NCBI RefSeq assembly: GCF_021028975.2
Contig: NC_059432.1
Span: forward strand, 6,448,001-6,512,000
Reading direction: 5' to 3'
DNA: 64,000 bases
Origin: Sphaerodactylus townsendi
Taxonomy: Eukaryota
Shown: positions 25,390 to 36,310 of the stretch, piece by piece
How the letters are laid out: each line of letters begins with the position of its first letter
Numbering within the stretch: position 1 is the stretch's first letter
Notes under the pieces: model-generated
Told to the model about the DNA's origin: nothing
What the model saw: only the letters and a program-made list of their open reading frames with translations
The model's database searches: none
Position numbers and translations under genes: made by a program

Positions 25390-26651
25390 CTTCAGGGAGG
25401 ACAGAGGAAGAGAGTTTTTTAAGAACAAAAGGTACCTGCACCATTCATTTGTACTTCGTGTAATCCTGGTACATTGGGAAAGAAGCCCTTTGCAATAAAA
25501 ACCTGGGGATTGTTACCAGGAACAAGGCATTTTGAAGATGGGAGACATCAGTATTATGATTCACATCCCACCAAAGGTTGCCAACTTCAGGCTGGAAAAT
25601 TCCTGGAGATTTGGAGGTGGAGCCTGGGAAGGATGGTGTTTAGGGAGGGGAGGGGTTTGTGTAGAGTATAATGCCCACGTCCACTCCACCCTGTCAAGCT
25701 GCCCCTTTCTCCGTGGGTCCATGAGTCATGGATCTTGGTAATTTGGAGATCTACTGTAATTCAGCAGATCCCCCAGTGCCATCAGGAAAGTTCAGCAGCA
25801 CCACCTACCAGCCCTTTGCTGCCACGCTTCTTTGTGCTTTGACGATTATAAGGACCCCTTTTCTGAAAGCAGTGTGTGTCTGATTGGTAAGGTGGGGGCG
25901 GGGGCAGAGACACCATCTGGCCATTCTTCCTTGACATAGATGTCATTGTTCCCCCCCACGTGACAACTCTGGGATGAAAGAGAGGCTTCCTTTCTGTTGT
26001 GCACCCGTCTTCCCTCCTGATTGTAGCAGAGAAAGTGGTACATATTTTGCACTGAGGTTGCCAACATCCAGGTGGGTTAAACCAAAGCCTCTCTGTGTCA
26101 GGCCTGGCCCCCGCTGGGCATCCCAGAGACCGGCCTGGCCCCCACTGGGACTGGCATTTCCTGCTTCAGACCAAGGCCACACCTGGCTCGTTATCACTGC
26201 TTAGGTTTTGGATGGCTCTTCTGTTGCTTCGCTTTGTAACCAGTAATTCAGGCATACATCCTCCTTATCTCCCATTTCCCAGGACAAAGGGGGGAGTGTT
26301 TCGCAGGCNNNNNNNNNNNNNNNNNNNNNNNNNNNNNNNNNNNNNNNNNNNNNNNNNNNNNNNNNNNNNNNNNNNNNNNNNNNNNNNNNNNNNNNNNNNN
26401 NNNNNNNNNNNNNNNNNNNNNNNNNNNNNNNNNNNNNNNNNNNNNNNNNNNNNNNNNNNNNNNNNNNNGTGCAACTTGTTTTGGGAAGGGGGGGAAATGC
26501 CGAATGAGCAAATGTTTTCTGATATATACCAGGGACAGGAGACAGAGCCCCCAGCTCTGGCTCCTCGGACCTGAGGTCCTGACACGGTTCAATAAAAGCT
26601 CTTGATACCTTCATGAATCTTAACTATTGACTGGAGTAATGGACCCTGATG

Positions 26652-27818
26652 CTCTGCACCAAATGTGCAAAGGTGTGCCAACACCTGTAAGTCTCTAATT
26701 ATGCAAACAATTCTAACTCTTTCATGCTCTCTTTTATATATATATATAGGTAATACCTTCAAACAGCTAGGAAGACTACTGCAGTTTTTCAATAAAGAAA
26801 CTAAACCACTATGTTATCTAATTTTGTCTTATTAACAAAAGAATACACTTATGTAGTTGAAGCGTCTTACAAAACACGGGCTTCTACTATAAAAACATTC
26901 AACAACATTCACATATCCAAAATATTTTTTCCATAAACAGATTATATATAGCCTAAGTGTATATTCAGTATAGTTCAGGGCAATATAGCATCTGGACAAG
27001 TTATTATTTCAGATCCCCTAGCCCAGTGGTGGCGAACCTTTGGCACTCCAGATGTTATGGACTACAATTCCCATCAGCCCCTGCCAGCATGGCCAATTGG
27101 CCATGCTGGCAGGGGCTGATGGGAATTGTAGTCCATAACATCTGGAGTGCCAAAGGTTCGCCATCACAGCCCTAGCCCACTGCCTGAAAATAATAAACAT
27201 ATTTTTAATATTTTTCAAACTCTTACTAATAATAATAAACATTGGGGTGCTGTGTGGTTTCCGGGCTGTATGGCCGTGTTCTAGCAGCATTCTCTCCTGT
27301 TTGTTTGTTATTATTTCAGCCCACCCGTGGGGAAACTCTGAAAGATGTAACGTATCTATGTACCTTTGGATACACTTTGGGTTTGAAAGAAAGGGGTCTG
27401 AGTATTTTTATTATTTTTATTATTTTCAGGAATTGAGCTTGAAGAATGTGATTCAAAATAATAACTTTCAGAGGTTATATTGCCCTGAATTATACAGAAT
27501 ATACACTTAGAATATACACAATTTGTTTATTGAAAAATATATATACATTTTGAATATATGAGCGTTGTTGAATGTTTTTACAGCAGAAACCCAGGAGGTG
27601 TAAGAAGCTTCTACTACATGAGTGTTTTTTTTGTTAAGATAAAATTAGAGAACATTTTGTTCAAATTTGTTTATTGAAAAACAGCAGTACAGTCTTCCTA
27701 GCTGTGTTGTTTGAAGGTATTTCCTATATATATATATATAGTTAGAACTGTTTTCCTAATTACTATGGTTAAAGACTTACAGGTTTGGACTTAACATCTG
27801 TACGCGTTCGGTTCAGAG
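26652..27818. mobile_element. Old AT-rich fold-back element with long inverted termini
   Basis: About 26652-26930 is an imperfect reverse complement of about 27545-27818 (e.g. cctgtaagtct/agacttacagg, cagctaggaagact/agtcttcctagctg). Confidence 0.75.
27024..27169. mobile_element. Fully palindromic 146-bp hAT MITE
   Basis: Near-perfect palindrome centred on ggccaattggcc; 8-bp TSD ccctagcc. Confidence 0.93.
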
Positions 27819-28284
27819 AGGTTTTGGTTTAACCTTTTTAGGTGCACCTGCCCCATCTATTTATGGTTGAACATCCAGGTGGGGCCTGGAGATCTCCTGG
27901 AATTACCGCAGGTCTCCAGACGACAGAGGTCAGTTTCTTGGCATGACGCCCTGCTGAAATCCTTCCACCTTCCCCAGGCTCCACTCTATATTTCCAATTG
28001 GGAACCCTAAGAAAATGTATTTCCAGTATCAGACAGTGACTGGAGGGGGAAACCCTGTTGAGGCACAGCCTGTAAGGAGATTCTTCAAATCAGGCACCCC
28101 TTCCGTTATAGCCCAAACTCTGTGGTGCAGGCCTGTTTGTTCAGCCACTGACAAAATAAAGTGCCAACCTGCGGAAGGGCCCCCTCACCTGGTGCTGTTC
28201 ACAAGAAAACATGAAGACCACCACATTCTTGGCTAGGGCGCCCTCTCAAGGCCATACTGAGTACTGTTGACATGAGATGATTAC

Positions 28285-28405
28285 CTGGAGACGGCCAGGG
28301 TGGAGACAGCTGCTGCTGCTTTACCAACCCTCTCCGATGGAGTCGTGCTGAGATCCAGCTCTTGGCAGAGAACAAACGGGGTTTCCATCTGGTCACTTGC
28401 CGCTG
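28285..28405 (-). CDS. WDFY4: WDFY4 penultimate coding exon (AAASDQMETPFVLCQELDLS...AVSTLAVS-R)
   Basis: Polypyrimidine tract with tandem cagcag acceptor, gtaatc donor, 121 nt, phase 1-2; aligns to recalled human LSRELDVS...AVTALAVSR. Confidence 0.88.
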
Positions 28406-30578
28406 CTGCGTGATTGGAAAAGAAATATTCAGGAAAATGGCTGGTGGCTTTCTTTCCAGGAGGGGCGTGGGTGTGGGCCGTGGCAAATGCTATTATTTAT
28501 GGTCAGCAACTTGTTAAACGGGAAACAAATATATTTAATCTTGGCCAGCGCCATTGCCAGAAGGGCCCGTCCCAATTGAATTTGCAGGCTATGATAGTTA
28601 CATGTGCTGACGTGTGGCTGTATCAATTGTGTGCTAAATTGGATTTGTGTATTATTGCTTTCTAAATTGCGTGCCTAGTTCAGCAAAATTGTTCATCAGT
28701 GTTTACTGGCTCTGGGCTTAATAAGATGCCCCAGAATACCTTGCTCCCAGGATATAATACGGCCCGTAATTGCCCAGTAAAAACAAATTACACCAAGTCC
28801 TCGCATTATCAACTTATCTAAATCTGTTCATAATACAAGCAATAATTAAATGCCAAGAACACTCTGTAACAAAAAAGAAGTCAATCATTCTGGCTACAGG
28901 CCTCGTGGCGGACACATTTTGGGCTGATCATTTTGTTCCTCCCCACTTTTAATACTGCAATGTTAAGACAGGGGGAAGGTCCTTTAAAACCCAGTTGACC
29001 CCAGAGGGAAACTCCAGGGGCTGGTTGGAGCAACCAGTTAGGCTGGAGGAAATGTGGAGCTGGGGGTGCCAGCAAATGGGGGCTGTACTTGGCAGAAATG
29101 CTGATGTGGGAACACCCCCCCCCCCCTGCGATGGTGCTGAGAGCGTTGTTCCTGCTTGCAAACTTCCAACTGGACCCAACTCAATACCAGGTGAATAAAA
29201 ACTCTTCCAAAGCAGAAGCTGCATTTGAAGTGGAAACCCGCAGAGAGGCTATCAAAGGCCTACTCTCTTGTTAACTGTGTGCCTCCTAATGGAACAACAG
29301 AGAACGCTTTTGGGCCCAGAAAACCCACTTGCGAACAGGCAGTTTTGGGTGTCTGTATGCACCAATCGTCAAACGTTCACAGATGCCAAAATGAGGCTGC
29401 CGGCAGTATTTGTCAGACAGCGCAGCTGAGCTCTGGGGCCATTTATTTACATATTATTAAGTGGTGGAATTTTCATCCCTCTCGGCTGCGTCTGCTCCCC
29501 TTTCTCTTGACTCAAGATCAGCAGGAATTACGGGGAAGAAACCTTGGCACTGGGGGCCCCCTGCTGGCGTCTTGCAGTCTGGAAGACAGGACGTTTTATT
29601 CTCTGCCACCTTCCTACTTTCCCACTCCCGTGGATTTGTGGTCTGTGCGCACACGAAGCCAGAAGCCCCGCAGGCACAGGGTTGGGAATCAATGGGTCAG
29701 ATTTTTTAAAGTCTAGTCTGAATTCTCCTTAATGCGGGTGTGAAATGCAAGCGTGCTCAGAGGAGGCAAGTGTGCCATGTGTATTCCCTGAGGATGCTCT
29801 TGACAATCTATTATTATTATTATTATTATTATTACTGTTAATTAATTAATTAATTAGTTAGTTAGTTAGTTAGTTAGTTAATTATATTTGATAGCCTGCC
29901 CAATCCCCAAGGATTTACACTTGTTCGGAGAGCAGGCTTGGTGGATCTGCCAGTGTGCATGGTTGGTGGTAGAGGTGGTGACCACATACCAAAGCAACCT
30001 AGCAAGAAGGGCAAAGATCACAGGCCCAGGCCCCCAGCCACAGTGGGAGCCCCCCCACCCCCACCCCACAGTGGCAATCCTTGTTGTTGCCTATTACCAC
30101 TCCAAGTGGCAGCAGGAGAAAAGTTTCAAAAACAACAACTTGGCAATGTGTGCACTGTGACGTTACTTCCAGGGAAAAGCTCAAGGAATTATTGGAAATT
30201 CTAGTTTCACCAGAAAGTTTTCAGCAATTTCTAGAGTGGCTCCAGGTCACTTTGGAGTTATCCTGGAAATGATGTCATAGCTCACATGATGCTGCACCCC
30301 CTCATGTCTCCATCCCCCCCCCCACCTGGTTCCTACTACTATTCGGGCAGGGAGATCTTCCAAAAGAAGGCCAGCACTTAGAGCTCGTTCTGTCTTCCCA
30401 CATCAATGGCCTCCCTCCTCCCCCCCCTTACTTGCATCTATTTTGTAAATTGCTAGGCCTTGTAGAATGGTAATTGCTTAATCAGAGGGAATTGGGGGAA
30501 AGTTAACTCCCCAGATGGCCAACATCCAGGTTTTTAAAAAGGCCAAACCAGGTTGAAGGATATTCCTCTTGCCCCGGG

Positions 30579-30622
<44 letters not shown>

Positions 30623-31027
30623 CTTGCTGTCTGCATGGGGACTGGTGTACCTGGCTCTCCCCCATTTCGCCCACACAATTCACCCTGCAGTGTAGGATGA
30701 CTATGCAAAAATGACCTGGCCACTGTGACCAGGAGAGCTTCCCTTGACTCAGCCGGCCATCCTTGGGCACGCCCTTCTCCAAGAGGGCTCTTGCAAGTCG
30801 CAACTCCTGCTGCACCCTGCGGAAGAACTGGGCAAGCCTGGCTCCTGGTGCCGTAGCTCAGAGTCTGACTGGAAAGGCCAGGGACAGGAGCTTTGCAGGG
30901 GGTGGGGGGTGGGGGTCCAGTGAAGGGCTGCAGGAGGGGCTGGAAAGTTTCCTCTCATTTTCAGAACCCCCTGGCCATTTGGAGGCATTTCACTTCCCTC
31001 GAGGCACGACAGCCATGCTGCCCTTAC

Positions 31028-31106
31028 CCTCCTCCTGTGCCAGGATTTCCCGGGAGTTCGTACAGCCACCTGGGTGCCGAGGGGGCGCGCTTTCAAGCTT
31101 CCAGAC
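31028..31106 (-). CDS. WDFY4: WDFY4 exon (VWKLESAPPRHPGGCTNSREILAQEE)
   Basis: aaacag acceptor, strong gtaagg donor, 79 nt, phase 0-1; VWK completes the preceding WD repeat. Confidence 0.85.
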
Positions 31107-32323
31107 CTGTTTGAGCAAGAGAAAACAGACTGAAAATGCCGCTCTGCACATGCAGCCCCAGGAAGGCTGGAGAGCTCTGCCCACCAGCAGGACAGCGGCA
31201 CGAGACCTACAAAGTGCCAATCTTAAGCAGGTTCCAATTCAGAGCCAGCCTGGCGAAAGGAAAAAGGCACTGGGGCATCGCTGGTCTTCTTAGCAAAACC
31301 CAGGAAGTAACTCCAGGCCATGCAGCAAAGGGGACCTGCCAAAGAACCAAAGCTCAGTTGCCTGAGAGGACCCTCAGTGGAACTCTGTGTCCTTTTTCAC
31401 GGCAAATCAGGCACGTGGGGCCTCAATCCTGAGCACCTGCCTCTCATGGAGCAGCCCCGGTGAACTGAGCGCTCTTTCCTGGGCTTCTGTGATGTGGGTG
31501 AGCCCTGAGCCTTCCAGGAAGAGCGGCCCTGTCCCACGCACACGCCTCCGCTCCCCCAGCCTCTGCGCCGCAGGTCCATTCAGCACCAGTAGCTTTTTAT
31601 TACCCCACCCCACCCGTCACACTCTCCTGAGGAACTTCAGGGAAAGTAGCTGGAGTTGCCAACTTCCAGGGGGTCCTGGAGACCTCCCAGAATTACAGCT
31701 GAACTCCAGACTACAGAGATCAGTTTCCAGGCCGATGTGGGGGGACGGGGGGGCGGACTCTCTCTCATTCCACCCGGGCTGAACTTCCTCCCCTCCCCAA
31801 CTTCACCCCCACATCTCCAGGGATTTCCCAAGCTGGAGTTGGCAACATAAGGTGTGCTCCTTTCCGTTTCTTCCCCTCCCACTCACTAAACCCCAAAGAG
31901 AGGTGTGTGCGAAACAGAGGAGGGGGCAGGGCCCGGCCTCGAAGGCAGGCTGGGAAGGGACCACTGCCAAGGTCTGCAAGCTTCTGCAAGAGGGACATCT
32001 ACGTGAGATATGTCCCGCTCTGGACAGCCCTGGCTAGCCTGGCCACGCCAGCTCCTGGAAGCTAAGCAGGGCGGGACCTGGTTAGTCCTTGGAGGAGACA
32101 CCAGCAAGGGAGTACGCAGAGGCAGGAAATGGCAACAGCCACCCCTGGAGGCCTCTCGCCTTGAAAGCCCCACCAGGCCACCGTCAGCTGGATGCGACTG
32201 GAGGCTGCTTTCCACCTCTGCTTGCGATGCGGAGTCTCCAATACCTCCCTCCCCTTGGGCCACATGGATGGCAAATATTTGTTTTATATCCGACTGCCAT
32301 CTCGCTCGGGCAGAGAGTCCTAC

Positions 32324-32497
32324 CTGCACACGGCCCCCAGTGTCCCCCGTGGCAACCAGGCCAGTGTCCATCACCTCCATAAAGCAGCAGCAGGACAGGG
32401 TGGAGCCAAGTCTGCAGGCAACCTCGAGTCTGGCCAGGGGCTTCCCGCTGATACTCCACAGGCAGAGCGCCTGACCGGCACAGGAGGCAACGTCCCC
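32324..32497 (-). CDS. WDFY4: WDFY4 WD40 exon (GDVASCAGQALCLWSISGKPLA...TGDTGGRVQ)
   Basis: tttcag acceptor, gtagga donor, 174 nt, phase 0-0; matches recalled GxIxSCAGxxLxLWxxNGxPLA. Confidence 0.92.
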
Positions 32498-32539
32498 CTG
32501 AAACACATCATGGATGTAATGCTGCATCACCACATCTTG

Positions 32540-33262
32540 GCAGTTGGAACCCCTCCACTGAACTGCCCCCAGCCAGCCGTAGGATTCAATGGATTTAACC
32601 CCAATCTACTCTTTTCCAACCAACCAGCTATGGCCTCTGGACACTGTGCTAGGACATCTGAGACGGTGGCCAGCTGGCCATCCATCAGCAGAATAAGCTG
32701 AGTGTCATCAGCACACTGGTGGCAGCTCAGCCCAAACCAGCTCATACCCCCAAAGCCCTCTATGATGCGGCTGGCCTCGACCCGGGCCAGGGCCTTTACG
32801 GCTCTGGCCCCTGCCTGGTGGAATGCTCCTCCTCCAGCTGTTCGGGCCCTGCGGGACCTTGGGGAGTTCTGCAGGGCCTGTAAAACCGAGCTGTTCCACT
32901 GGGCTTTTGGGCAGGCTAGCCACTGAAATCCTCCCCTCTCTGTTGCCCTATGTGCCATCTGCTTACTTGAACATCTGCCGGTCCCCTCCCAGGGTATAAT
33001 ACCGGATGTCATCTGTTTAGTTAATTATGGATGGGTTGTTGCTGCTACTGTTTTTATTGTATGTATTGTTTTAATTGGGATTATTCAATTTGTTTCTTCT
33101 TAATTACATTGTATTGTTTGTCTAGTTTGTACACCGCCCTGAGCCCTTCGGGGGTAGGGCAGTCTACCAAATCGAATGAATGAATGAATGAATGAATGAA
33201 TGAATGAATGAATGAATGAATGAATGAATGAATGAATGAATGAATGAATGAATGAATGAATG
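32540..33262. mobile_element. L2 LINE insertion with inverted 5' segment and (TGAA)n tail
   Basis: About 32540-32740 is RT core on - (FGLSCHQCADDTQL); about 32740-33175 is an L2 3' end on +; (GAAT)n at 33175-33262. Confidence 0.8.
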
Positions 33263-33613
33263 CAGCCTGAGCAGCATATCTCCTGATGGGGGAGGCCCTC
33301 AAAGTCTGGTGTGATCTGATTTGGTCATCGGGTTAGGTTCCTTCCCTTGCAGACGGCTCCTCCACCCAACATTGGATGAGCATGCAAAAGAACATGCCAC
33401 TCCCCCATCCCACACAAATATGCCCAGGGCTCTTCCAGCACGTGAAAATGGCAGCAGCCAGCAGCTCAGAAGGCCCAGATCCACTTCAATGCACTGAAAA
33501 TGCTGGCTGGAGACTGATTTGTGCAGCTCCAAGAGAAGAGAGGTACACTGGAAGTTTTGGAAGGGAGGGTGTCAGGTCACATCTGGCCGCTGGTGGGAGG
33601 TTGGGGGTTGAGG

Positions 33614-35407
33614 AAAATTCCTGCACCTGAACCAAGCTTCTTAGGAGGCGAATCCGAGGAACTAGCGAAGATAGTGGTAGACAAGGAAGAAGTTCTGGCA
33701 GCCATTGATAAACTAAATGCTACCAAATCCCCTGGCCCAGATTGCATTCACCCAAGAGTTCTTAAAGAGCTCAAGCATGAAATTGCTGATGTTCTCACTT
33801 TAATATGCAACTTATCCCTGAAATCTGCCTCCATCCCTGAAGACTGGAAGATGGCCAATGTCACACCAATCTTTAAGAAAGGGTCTAGGGGGGACCCGGG
33901 AAATTACAGGCCAGTCAGTTTGACATCTGTTCCTGGTAAATTAGTAGAATCTATCATTAAAGATAAAATTATTAAACATGTAGAAAAGCAAGACCTGCTG
34001 AGAAAGAGTCAGCATGGCTTTTGCAGAGGCAAATCCTGTCTTACAAACTTACTAGAGTTCTTTGAGGGGGTAAACAGGCATGTGGATAAGGGGGAACCAG
34101 TGGACATTGTCTACTTGGATTTCCAAAAGGCTTTTGACAAAGTTCCTCACCAGAGACTATTGAGAAAACTCAGCAATCAAGGAATAAGAGGGAAAGTCCT
34201 CCTATGGATTAAAAACTGGTTGAGAAACAGGAAGCAAAGAGTGGGTGTAAATGGGAAATTCTCACAATGGAGAGATGTCGGGAGTGGTGTCCCCCAAGGA
34301 TCCGTTTTGGGACCAGTGCTCTTTAACCTATTCATAAATGACCTGGAAGTAGGGGTGGGTAGCGTGGTGGCCAAGTTTGCAGATGATACCAAATTATATA
34401 GGGTGGTGAGAACCGCAAAGGATTGCGAAGAGCTCCAAGTGGACCTTGATAAATTAGGTGAGTGGGCTCAGAAATGGCAAATGCAGTTCAATGTAGCAAA
34501 ATGTAAAGTGATGCACATAGGGGTAAAAAATCCAAACTTTACATACATGCTACAGGGGTCAGTGCTTTCAGTCACAGACCAGGAAAGGGATTTGGGCGTC
34601 TTAGTTGATAGTTCCATGGGAATGTCAACTCAATGCATGGCAGCTGTGAAAAAGGCAAACTCTATGCTGGGGATAATTAGGAAAGGAATTGAGAATAAAA
34701 CTGCAAAGATTGTCATGCCCTTATATAAAGCAAAGATTGTCATGCCCTTATATAAAGTGCGACCGCACTTGGAGTACTGTGTTCAGTTCTGGTCGCCACA
34801 TCTCAAAAAGGATATTGCAGAGATAGAAAAAGTGCAGAGAAGGGCAACGAGGATGATTGAGGGACTGGAGCACCTTCCTTACGAGGAGAGGCTGCAGCGT
34901 TTGGGACTCTTTAGTTTGGAGAGGAGACGTCTGAGGGGGGATATGATTGAAGTCTATAAAATTATGCATGGGGTAGAAAATGTTGACAGAGAGAAATTTT
35001 TCTCTCTTTCTCACAATACTAGAACCAGGGGGCATTCATTGAAAATGCTGGGGGGAGGAATTAGGACTAGTAAAAGGAAACACTTCTTCATGCAAGGTGT
35101 GATTGGTGTTTGGAATATGCTGCCACAGGAGGTGGTGATGGCCACTAACCTGGATAGCTTTAAAAGGGGCTTGGACAGATTTATGGAGGAGGAGTCGAAC
35201 TCTGGCTACCAATCTTGATCCTCCTTGATCTGAGGTTGCAAATGCCTTAACAGACCAGGTGCTCGGGAGCAGCAGCAGCAGCAGGCCATTGCTTTCACAT
35301 CCTGCATGTGAGCTCCCAAAGGCACCTGGTGGGCCACTGCGAGTAGCAGAGTGCTGGACTAGATGGACTCTGGTCTGATCCAGCAGGCTCTTTCTTATGT
35401 TCTTATG
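33614..35407 (+). mobile_element. CR1 LINE, 5'-truncated, ORF2 RT domain frame-intact, with 3' UTR and (TTCTTATG)n tail
   Basis: ORF to 35218 with KSPGPD, NYRPVSLTS, YLDFQKAFDKVPH, GVPQGSVLGP, KFADDTKL and [13 protein letters not shown]; no endonuclease domain; antisense to WDFY4. Confidence 0.96.
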
Positions 35408-36177
35408 TCAAGGACATGGGGAGAGGGGGCAAAGTTGCTTGATCTCACTTCTGGGAAAACATGGATGTGACCTCAGGTAGCTCTAAGAAAGGAGGACAGC
35501 TAAAGGAAAAGAAAGGAGGCAAGGAGAGGCTTTCCAAGGGTAAAAGGAGACGTCTGCCTGTGATGGAAAGTTGAGGAAAAAGAAGAATGGAGAGCCAGAG
35601 GGCAGCTCAGGGGACCAGGATGGGAAAAGGTCAAAGAGGGCAAGCAAAGGGTCTGGACTGGATCAACCACACGTGGGCCTTAGCTGAACTGGCAGGGTAA
35701 GCTTGCCATCTTGCACTGCATTTCTTTGCATGGGGCAAATTATCTCCCCCCCAAGGAAGTGAGGTTGAACTGAAAATGGAAAAAAGAAGGGGGTGGGGGC
35801 AGTTGTTGGAATTGGGGGCCATTTCTGGGGAGTCGGGAGCTTTCTTTTCTGGTGTCCACCAGCATTGATGTCCAAGATTTTGTTGACACGTGCTCACTCC
35901 ATGAGGTGCTCCCTACTCAAACTGAGCCACTGAAAAGGGTGGGAAATTTTCATTTTCCTAGCAGCAGGTTATTGAAGTTTTAAATTCTAGGAAAACACAA
36001 TTTCTCTGCAACAGAAGAGCTGCCAAGGAAGAGGACGCCTCCTGCCTCCTCAGCAACAAGTGGGGAGCAACTGGGCAAAGATCCTGAGCAACAACTGCAG
36101 AATCCTTGGGCTAAATATATTGATCAAGTGAGAAGAGAGAGGGAAAGGCGGCGGCGTGGACATTCATGGCAGACATC

Positions 36178-36310
36178 CTCTGGTGGCGAACCTATGGCAC
36201 TCCAGATGTTCATGGACCACAATTCCCATCAGCCCCTGCCAGCATGCTGGAAGGGGCTGATGGGAATTGTAGTCCATAACATCTGGAGTGCCATAGGTTC
36301 GTCACCTCTG
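36178..36310. mobile_element. Palindromic hAT MITE, central deletion variant (partial copies also at 43484-43563 and 51770-51859)
   Basis: Same arms (ggcactccagatgtt...ccatcagcccc); lacks the central gccaattggccat segment; no clean TSD. Confidence 0.85.

Noticed and set aside
33521-35218. 565-aa RT ORF as a novel or domesticated RT system
   Set aside because: It is a standard CR1 ORF2 with CR1 3' UTR and tail. The N-terminal ~30 codons are flanking DNA with a non-ATG start.
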